Of a DNA stretch of 47,700 nt, positions 1-6,625 are shown piece after piece (position 1 is the stretch's first letter; each line of letters starts with the position of its first letter). Source of the stretch: Candidatus Pacearchaeota archaeon (GTDB taxonomy: Archaea; Nanobdellota; Nanobdellia; Pacearchaeales; GW2011-AR1); assembly GCA_016866975.1 (NCBI GenBank), contig VGKP01000005.1:1-47700 (forward strand), read 5' to 3'. The position numbers and the translations under genes were made by a program. The notes under the pieces were generated by a model that worked only from the letters and a program-made list of their open reading frames with translations, was not told the origin of the DNA and did no database searches.

Positions 1-6
1 CATCAC

Positions 7-123
7 AAAAACGATGCGCCACCTCGGCTTAAAAGCCGAGGTTTGTTGCAGGCGCTCGTTTTTGGAGATGCTCGGGAACCACCACACCTTGAAAGGTGTG
101 GTTTTCATCGGTTCCCGACATAA
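7..123. mobile_element. Non-autonomous palindromic element resembling IS200/IS605-family ends (PATE/MITE-like), copy A
   Basis: Perfect hairpin ACCTCGGCTT-AA-AAGCCGAGGT (21-42). Nested cruciform TCGGGAACC/GGTTCCCGA (72-80/110-118) encloses ACCACACCTT/AAGGTGTGGT (81-102). Both ends are shared with 44974-45081. No transposase in the window, and the element may extend left of it. Confidence 0.5.
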
Positions 124-198
124 TAAAGTCAACTCCTTTCACCTGATTTTCTCGCAAGAATGTTATATTGGACATACGATATGAGAGTGGTAGTTATA

Positions 199-206
199 TT
201 TAAATA
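199..206 (+). promoter_or_regulatory. Archaeal TATA box (TTTAAATA) of the padR-msrB unit
   Basis: 29 nt before the ATG at 228; the same spacing recurs at 980, 25669, 36081 and 38785. Confidence 0.6.
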
Positions 207-227
207 TATCGGTTACCCAATAAATAC

Positions 228-527
228 ATGAAAGATAATGGTTATTGTTGTGATATGCGAGGGATGCTTTCATTCCTTATTTTATTTATGCTTTCTAAAA
301 AATCAATGCATGGAAAGGAGCTCGCAGATGAACTTGAAAAAAGAAAAGGCGATCGTCCTAGCCCGGGCACAATTTATCCTGCCCTCAAAACACTGAAAGA
401 AGAAGGCCTTATTCTAGAAGAGAAAACAGGAAAAATTATTACTTATCAACTTACCTCTCAAGGTAAAAAGGTTCTCTCCATTGCAAAAGAAAGATTTTGT
501 AAGGCTTTTATGGATGTGATAGAATGA
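228..527 (+). CDS. PadR-family winged-helix transcriptional regulator
   Basis: MHGKELADELEKR...PSPGTIYPALKTLKEEGLI...YQLTSQG matches the PadR pattern. The stop overlaps the msrB start (ATGA). Confidence 0.9.
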   Translation: MKDNGYCCDMRGMLSFLILFMLSKKSMHGKELADELEKRKGDRPSPGTIYPALKTLKEEGLILEEKTGKIITYQLTSQGKKVLSIAKERFCKAFMDVIE

Positions 528-916
528 AAGGAAAAGAAAGAATAAGTGAAGAAAAATTAAAGAAAAAACTCTCACAGGAACAATTTCAAATTCTTCGCCA
601 AAAAGGTACAGAACTCCCTTTCACAGGTAAATATTGGAATACAAAAGAGAAAGGCATTTACAATTGTGCTGCTTGTGGCGCTGAACTTTTCTCATCAGAT
701 AAAAAATTTGATTCTGGTACTGGATGGCCTAGCTTTACCGAAGTGAAAAATTCAAGTTCAGTCAAGCTACATCAAGATGAATCCATGGGTATGCAAAGAA
801 TTGAGGTCACATGCGCCAATTGTGGCAGTCATCTCGGCCATGTTTTTGATGATGGACCAGGGCCGACAAAGAAAAGATATTGCATAAATTCCGCTTGTCT
901 TAACTTAAAAAAATAG
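524..916 (+). CDS. msrB: Peptide-methionine (R)-S-oxide reductase
   Basis: GTELPFTG, KFDSGTGWPSF, two CxxC zinc motifs, HLGHVFDDGP and catalytic RYCINS. Confidence 0.97.
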   Translation: MKGKERISEEKLKKKLSQEQFQILRQKGTELPFTGKYWNTKEKGIYNCAACGAELFSSDKKFDSGTGWPSFTEVKNSSSVKLHQDESMGMQRIEVTCANCGSHLGHVFDDGPGPTKKRYCINSACLNLKK

Positions 917-1008
917 CGAGAATTAATTCTAATCTATTCCTTGACATCATTACAGCGCAGTAGCTCTCAACACAGCAGCTTTAAATAATAGCATTGTCTA
1001 GCATTGAG

Positions 1009-1374
1009 ATGGGCCTGTTTCGCAAAGAAAGTGGGGATATTATTGATTTTACAATGCTTCAAAAAAGAGGCTTACTAAAAAAAGAAGAAGTCCCTAGTTC
1101 TAATGTGCATATAGATAATAGAACAGGATTTATCGACCTTACTCCTCCAATTCCATCATCTCAATCTCCTGTAACTACAAATGATAATCAACCTCAAGAC
1201 TTATTCGGGTTCTTGGAATCTAAATCTGGAGATACATCAAGTTCATCTTTGCCAGAGCCACCTCAAAGCAAGGAGTTCGAGCACCTTAAAGTGAAGATAG
1301 ATGACCTTGAATACAAGATAGATCGCCTTTTGGAGAAGATTGCCTTTTTGGAGAGCAAAGTATCAAGTAGTTGA
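1009..1374 (+). CDS. Hypothetical protein with P/S-rich linker and C-terminal coiled coil
   Basis: The ORF track starts at TTG 994, but the ATG at 1009 lies 29 nt after TTTAAATA (980). C-terminal heptad LKVKIDDLEYKIDRLLEKIAFLE. Confidence 0.75.
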   Translation: MGLFRKESGDIIDFTMLQKRGLLKKEEVPSSNVHIDNRTGFIDLTPPIPSSQSPVTTNDNQPQDLFGFLESKSGDTSSSSLPEPPQSKEFEHLKVKIDDLEYKIDRLLEKIAFLESKVSSS

Positions 1375-1506
1375 TGACAAAGGAAAATGCCATTCCACAT
1401 GTTGAATGACATATTACATTTACATTAAACGCAGTTTTTCAAATCCCGAATACAATCTATATAGGATGTAGGATGTATGATCTTTAGCACACTCAAAAAT
1501 AACTAA

Positions 1507-2451
1507 CTATTTCTTGCACAAAACTAAGACCCATGTCTTTTCTCTATTAAAGAAGTATTTTACATTCTTGAAATATATCTTCATTGCTTTCTTAAGTTCT
1601 GCTTCTTTATATCTATGAGAGACTGCGATAAGGATTTGATCTCCTTTGCTGAAGAATATTGTCCTTCCTCCAAATTTAAGGTTAACGTCTTTCAAGAGAG
1701 TATAATACATCTCAACTCTTGAATTTTTGTACTTGACTCCGAATTCTATTTCCTCTCTCTTAAATCCTATTTGTGTCAAAACTTTACTCAAGAACTGGTC
1801 CATAAGACCTTGTTTATAAGAGGCAATTATATCTTCAGGCTTTGCATTTGTCAATGCTACCCCTATAAGAAGATAGTCCTCACTACCTTCCATTGCCTCC
1901 ATTATTTCATACATTACTTCATGCATTTCGAAGTTGCCTAATGTACCTCCAAGGAACAACAAGAAGTTCTGCCTGTATTCTTGATTCCTAAGAATTGATG
2001 CAACATTCTCTAGATTATCAAAGTCAGAAATATTCCACTGGAACTGTACTACTTCTCCCTTATTCAACTTAGTTATTTTTTCTATAGCCTTGGAAACCAT
2101 ATAGCTACTTATGTCAATCGGACAATACCTTATTTTTACCCTCTTGTGAAGTTCTTCGATTATAGGTACGGCTTTCTTTCCATCCCCACATCCAATATCG
2201 ATTATATTTACTGCATTGGCATTAAGTACCTGGTCAGCTATAGCGGGCATATATTTGTTAAGCATTTCAATCTCAGTCTCGAACATATATTTACTATAAT
2301 CCTTGTGATGCTCAAGTTCTAGATAGCCTTGTGCTTGTTCTGGAGAGAGGTACCATAATTTAGAATCAGCAATGTTCCATACTCGAGTCTTACCTTCAAG
2401 AGAATATCCTCTTTTAATTAATTCCTTGAATATTAAATCGTTGACTTGCAT
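1507..2451 (-). CDS. SAM-dependent methyltransferase, EgtD/L-histidine N-alpha-methyltransferase-like (Methyltransf_33)
   Basis: IIDIGCGDGKK, YCPIDIS, LFLGGTLGNF, LLIGV and SRVEMY motifs typical of this family. Confidence 0.85.
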   Translation of the reverse strand: MQVNDLIFKELIKRGYSLEGKTRVWNIADSKLWYLSPEQAQGYLELEHHKDYSKYMFETEIEMLNKYMPAIADQVLNANAVNIIDIGCGDGKKAVPIIEELHKRVKIRYCPIDISSYMVSKAIEKITKLNKGEVVQFQWNISDFDNLENVASILRNQEYRQNFLLFLGGTLGNFEMHEVMYEIMEAMEGSEDYLLIGVALTNAKPEDIIASYKQGLMDQFLSKVLTQIGFKREEIEFGVKYKNSRVEMYYTLLKDVNLKFGGRTIFFSKGDQILIAVSHRYKEAELKKAMKIYFKNVKYFFNREKTWVLVLCKK

Positions 2452-2582
2452 AAAAATGCAAGGATTAAGCCTTTTTATTCCTTACTATACTGACTTTTCA
2501 CTACACAGTTGCATAACAACTGAGAAAATCTCTAGATTTTCGAGGTGCTCAAGGACGTTTCCCGTCCTTGACAACAGGAAGA

Positions 2583-2589
2583 TTTAAAA
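2583..2589 (+). promoter_or_regulatory. TATA box of tRNA-Glu
   Basis: TTTAAAA at -31 to -25 from the mature 5' end (2614). Confidence 0.6.
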
Positions 2590-2613
2590 GTGATTTTCCT
2601 GTCCTTCAGTTAT

Positions 2614-2686
2614 GCCCTTGTAGTCTAGCAGTCAAGGACGAGGCCCTTTCGCGGCCTAAACCCGGGTGCGAATCCCGGCAGGGGCA
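2614..2686 (+). tRNA. tRNA-Glu (anticodon TTC), 73 nt, intronless, CCA not encoded
   Basis: Acceptor GCCCTTG/CAGGGGC; anticodon arm AGGCC-CTTTCGC-GGCCT; T-arm CCGGG-TGCGAAT-CCCGG; discriminator A. Confidence 0.93.
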
Positions 2687-2820
2687 GTTTACCTTCTCGG
2701 CATTTCAGTGGTGAAATGGCTTTTGTAAGCGTGATTACTCACCATTCTGCGATCTCTTTTATTTAAAAGAATTGTCTTTATGAAATTGGATAAACTAGAT
2801 GTAAGAATTTTAGAATTTTA

Positions 2821-3612
2821 TTAAATAGTATATTCTGGAGCAGTAACTCTTTTGACTTCTTGTAAAAGATCCAGATAATTGCCTTTTTCAGCAATCTTTG
2901 AATCAATAGAAAATATTTCTTCTAATCGATCTTGGCAGAAAAATGTACTAATGTAACGAGCTCTCTGAATATTTTTCGGGCTTGGAGGAGAAAGTCTTGT
3001 TAAATACTCGATTTTCCATGTATTTTCTGGATCGAGTTTACCTCTATGGGCTTCAGAAAGCCTATCTATTCCTTCAATATATAATCTGACTACCTCGTTG
3101 GAAATGCCAAAAAGACCACTAAAAATATCTGCCCAATGACATTTACAGTCAGGAATTTTCATTAGAGTATAAATCTGGCAAACTTCTTCTGCTAACTCCT
3201 GAGGGATTTTTCCTGCAATCAAGCCTTCTTCCATCTCTCTTGCAAAATTTGCCATGCTTGCGCATCCATTTCCTATATCATTAAGGTACAGCACATCCGC
3301 TAATCCTGGGCCAAGACGAAAAGCTAGAGCTTTTTCGAACTCCTCTCTCTTCAGTCCCTTGATCAAGTTCCTGGCATGAATTGCGTCCCTTACTTGGGGA
3401 ATATACGCACTATTTGATTTTTTATATTCAGCATAGAAACGTTCCCTATTAGAACATGTTCTAAACTGAGTGTCGGTGCTAGATATAAGTTGCTTATAGT
3501 TTCTTACTAGTTCCTGAGCTTTCTGTTCCAGTGTTTCTACTCTCTTTACACTATTCTTGGCTTCTTTTACTTGTTTTCTTATGTTCTCTAGTTTTGTTTC
3601 GATAGTTTCCAT
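2821..3612 (-). CDS. Hypothetical protein with N-terminal coiled coil
   Basis: 263-aa ORF with its own TATA (about 3636-3643, minus strand), divergent from the TrmB gene. No recognisable motif. Confidence 0.75.
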   Translation of the reverse strand: METIETKLENIRKQVKEAKNSVKRVETLEQKAQELVRNYKQLISSTDTQFRTCSNRERFYAEYKKSNSAYIPQVRDAIHARNLIKGLKREEFEKALAFRLGPGLADVLYLNDIGNGCASMANFAREMEEGLIAGKIPQELAEEVCQIYTLMKIPDCKCHWADIFSGLFGISNEVVRLYIEGIDRLSEAHRGKLDPENTWKIEYLTRLSPPSPKNIQRARYISTFFCQDRLEEIFSIDSKIAEKGNYLDLLQEVKRVTAPEYTI

Positions 3613-3662
3613 ATTTTTACCAAAATTTAGACTATTTAAATAAAGGTGTCCTTCTACAGGAC

Positions 3663-3676
3663 TACTTTAGAAAGTA
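3663..3676. promoter_or_regulatory. Palindrome TACTTT-AG-AAAGTA, candidate TrmB operator
   Basis: Perfect 6+6 inverted repeat in the divergent intergenic region just before the TrmB gene. Confidence 0.35.
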
Positions 3677-3704
3677 TTAAATACTGAGGGGGAATAATTA
3701 TTCT

Positions 3705-4463
3705 ATGGAAATTACTAATCTCACTAAAGTAGGGTTGACTGAGGGAGAAATCAAAGTCTATTCTGCTCTTTTAGACTTGGGAGAATGCACTAAAACTGCT
3801 TTAGCCAAAAAGTCTGGTGTTGCCCCTTCAAATATCTATGATATTACGAATAGGCTCCTGGAAAAAGGAATTATCTCACGAGTTGAAAAAAACGGTATTG
3901 CTCATTTTAGTGCTGCAAACCCTCAACATCTTCTAGAATTTCTTGGACAGAAAGAAAAAGAAATTGAAAAAGAGCGTGAAATTGTTACATCTCTTTTACC
4001 AACTCTTCTTTCAAAGTTTAACAAAAATGATGGCAAGACACATGTAGAAGTATTTTTAGGTTGGAATGGCCTTAAAACTGTCTTTGAAGAGCTTATAGCA
4101 GATTGCAAATCAGGTGATGAAAACTATGTCTTTGGAGCAAGTAAAGGCAAAAACGATAAACAAGCAGATTTCTTCTTTTCTAAATATTCTAAGATCAGAG
4201 CTGAGAAAGGCATTAAGATTCACATTATTATGAACGAAGAACTCCGTTCACGGAAAGAACGTATCGGATTCATGCTCAAATCTAAAAAATATCATATACG
4301 TTTTTTGCAACATACAACTCCTGCGGAAATAATGGTCTACAAAGATAAAGCATGTATAATTATCCTTATAGAAGACCCTCTTATTATCAGAGTAACAAGT
4401 CAAGAGGTTGCTCGTTCTTTCTTAGAATACTTTAGAATTTTATGGATGGCTGCCAAGAGTTAA
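3705..4463 (+). CDS. TrmB-family transcriptional regulator (paralog 1)
   Basis: GLTEGEIKVYSALL...LAKKSGV..SNIYDITNRLLEKGII HTH, VEVFLGWNGLK, and a C-terminal effector domain. Confidence 0.9.
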   Translation: MEITNLTKVGLTEGEIKVYSALLDLGECTKTALAKKSGVAPSNIYDITNRLLEKGIISRVEKNGIAHFSAANPQHLLEFLGQKEKEIEKEREIVTSLLPTLLSKFNKNDGKTHVEVFLGWNGLKTVFEELIADCKSGDENYVFGASKGKNDKQADFFFSKYSKIRAEKGIKIHIIMNEELRSRKERIGFMLKSKKYHIRFLQHTTPAEIMVYKDKACIIILIEDPLIIRVTSQEVARSFLEYFRILWMAAKS

Positions 4464-4539
4464 GTTTAATTAAGAATAAGCTTTTTGTTTCATCATCAAT
4501 TATGCCAAAATGGTGTCGGCTTTGCAGGAGCATACAGAA

Positions 4540-5145
4540 TTAAGTGATAGTTTTCTTAAGTTCTTCGAAAGTTATCGTGTCAGCCCAGTTAATGATAGGT
4601 GAATCTTTTAACAAAGACTCTTTTTCTTTCTGATCTCCTGAATACGGATCTGTTGCTTCAGCAAGAATTCTTACATCGTAACCTCTAAAGTTTAGTTCTT
4701 GGGCTGTGCAAAGCACACAACAATCAAGAGTTAGACCGATCAATACAATCTTAGTTTTTTCAGGTTTGCCTACTACTGAGTTAAGCCATTTCTCAAATCT
4801 CTTGGGATCTTGATAAGGCAATCCTGGTTTCTTAGATGAAACTCCGCCATTCTTTCTTACCCAAATGGGTGAGTTCATACATTTTATCCATATTTTTTTA
4901 TCTTTGATATCTTTGGGAATTTCAGATTCATAGCCCCATTCTCCAGGATGGCAGCAATTTCCACGGTCTCCAGGTCTTGGTTGTCGATAGTCAGAAATAA
5001 TTTCCGCTATTTTAATCCCTTTAGAATTTAAGAATGGTGCAAGAGTATTTTTTATAAAAGAAACACTTGGGCGAGGTTTGTAACAAACTCCTCCCTCTGC
5101 ACTAAAGTCTTTTTGAAAGTCAATGGAAACTATCTTTATCATCAT
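4540..5145 (-). CDS. Isochorismatase-family cysteine hydrolase
   Basis: IDFQKDF (Asp), KCMNS (Lys) and GLTLDCCV (Cys) form the triad; also GYDVRILAEAT. Confidence 0.85.
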   Translation of the reverse strand: MMIKIVSIDFQKDFSAEGGVCYKPRPSVSFIKNTLAPFLNSKGIKIAEIISDYRQPRPGDRGNCCHPGEWGYESEIPKDIKDKKIWIKCMNSPIWVRKNGGVSSKKPGLPYQDPKRFEKWLNSVVGKPEKTKIVLIGLTLDCCVLCTAQELNFRGYDVRILAEATDPYSGDQKEKESLLKDSPIINWADTITFEELKKTIT

Positions 5146-5214
5146 TCTATAAACTCAACCTATTTTTTAATGTTTTGTAGATACCTTTTTAAACTGGAAA
5201 GAGTAAGTCTAAAC

Positions 5215-5583
5215 ATGAGTGTAAAATTAGGTGCTAACTTGATTGGTGTAAAAGATGTAGCTAAAGCAAAAGTATGGTATGAGAAGATATTCGGCATGAA
5301 GGTAGTTGAGTTTAGACCTCCTGAATTTCTCGAGATGAAGTTAGGAAAGAATACTTTTTATATAGAAACTGCTAATCCAAAACGTGCCAAGGGTTTTGAA
5401 GAAGAGTTTAACATTGGAGGTAGATCATCAGCAATCTTTGAAGTTGACGATATTCACGAATTTATAAAAAAATGTGAAAAGCAAAGTGTCAAGATAATAA
5501 TTAGACCAGTTAAACAGTTTTGGGGTAGCTGGAATGCAGTAATTGCTGATCCAGATGGAAACGAGTTCATAATAGATCAATAG
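5215..5583 (+). CDS. VOC/glyoxalase-family protein
   Basis: KAKVWYEKIFGMKV, FEVDDI and QFWG...ADPDGN. The ORF-track start at 5113 overlaps the opposite gene, so ATG 5215 is preferred. Confidence 0.88.
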   Translation: MSVKLGANLIGVKDVAKAKVWYEKIFGMKVVEFRPPEFLEMKLGKNTFYIETANPKRAKGFEEEFNIGGRSSAIFEVDDIHEFIKKCEKQSVKIIIRPVKQFWGSWNAVIADPDGNEFIIDQ

Positions 5584-5775
5584 AGGGTATAATATGTCTA
5601 GAAAAACCGACTGACATTGCTTTTAATGCCAATTGATGTAAACAAACAGCTGAATTTAAAAAAACAAGTGCCACTGACGGCACTAAGAATTCACGCAAGG
5701 TCTAGAAATTCTTTCAGCAGGTAGGAGCATATCCACTTTCTGTCTAAACAAAAAGCCAACTCTAGTGTTTCGAAA

Positions 5776-6564
5776 TTAGCCCTGCACTAGCTGTATTATC
5801 TTTTCTATATTGGCTTTAGCTGCTTTTCTGCCTAATTCAATTATCTCTGGAGCACGAGAGAAATCAAATGAATCATAGCCATCAGTTTCAAGCTGAAGAA
5901 ATATTGTTTGAGTGTTAGTTTTTGACTTGAGCATAATCAATTCATTAGTCATTATTCCTACTGCTTCAGATATAAGGTCAAACACATCCCCTTCATTTTT
6001 ATGCTTAAAGTGTGTAGGAATCGCATTTACGGCTATCACTTTGTGTGCCATCAATTCGCCATATCTCTGTGGCAATGGATCAACTATTCCTCCATCAACA
6101 AGAATTTGCTTTCCGCATTTCACGGGAGGAAATATTCCAGGGATAGAAATGCTTCCAAGAAGAGCCTTTAGAAGTGATCCTTTATTGATAAAAACTTCCT
6201 TTCCAGTAATAATATCTATCGCCACAGCAGTGAATGATAAATCAAGTTTCTCAATCCTCTTGTTGCGAGAGTACTTTTTCAAAAATGCCTCAAGTTCAGC
6301 AGTAGTTGTCTTTCCCCCTTTTATTTTCCTTGACAAGAACAATGTCACAAGTGTGCTGCCCGAGATTCTAAGTATGTCTTGCTTGAAACTCTTTAAGGTC
6401 CCAGAAGCATAGAATCCCCCGATTATTGCACCCATGCTTGTCCCAATTATAGTGTCGATTGGGACATGATGCTCCTCGAGAATCTCAAGCACTCCTATGT
6501 GAGCCAAACCTCTGGCACTTCCTCCACTAAGAACAAGGGCAAGATTCCTCTTTTTTTCAAACAT
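5776..6564 (-). CDS. Patatin-like phospholipase
   Basis: LSGGSARGLAHIG, nucleophile elbow GTSMG, and VDGG. Confidence 0.93.
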   Translation of the reverse strand: MFEKKRNLALVLSGGSARGLAHIGVLEILEEHHVPIDTIIGTSMGAIIGGFYASGTLKSFKQDILRISGSTLVTLFLSRKIKGGKTTTAELEAFLKKYSRNKRIEKLDLSFTAVAIDIITGKEVFINKGSLLKALLGSISIPGIFPPVKCGKQILVDGGIVDPLPQRYGELMAHKVIAVNAIPTHFKHKNEGDVFDLISEAVGIMTNELIMLKSKTNTQTIFLQLETDGYDSFDFSRAPEIIELGRKAAKANIEKIIQLVQG

Positions 6565-6625
6565 TGATAAAAACAGATATGTAAGATTAATAAAGTTATA
6601 CTTTCTTTAATACAATGACACGAAT

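Noticed and set aside
2701-2718. CATTTCA/TGAAATG hairpin after tRNA-Glu matching the stem at 38573-38589
   Set aside because: A 7-bp match alone is too weak to assign to the island element family; it may simply be a tRNA 3' trailer structure.
5584-5775. Possible small RNA or 32-aa peptide between convergent genes
   Set aside because: Only one 5-bp hairpin and a short ORF with no promoter support; not enough evidence.
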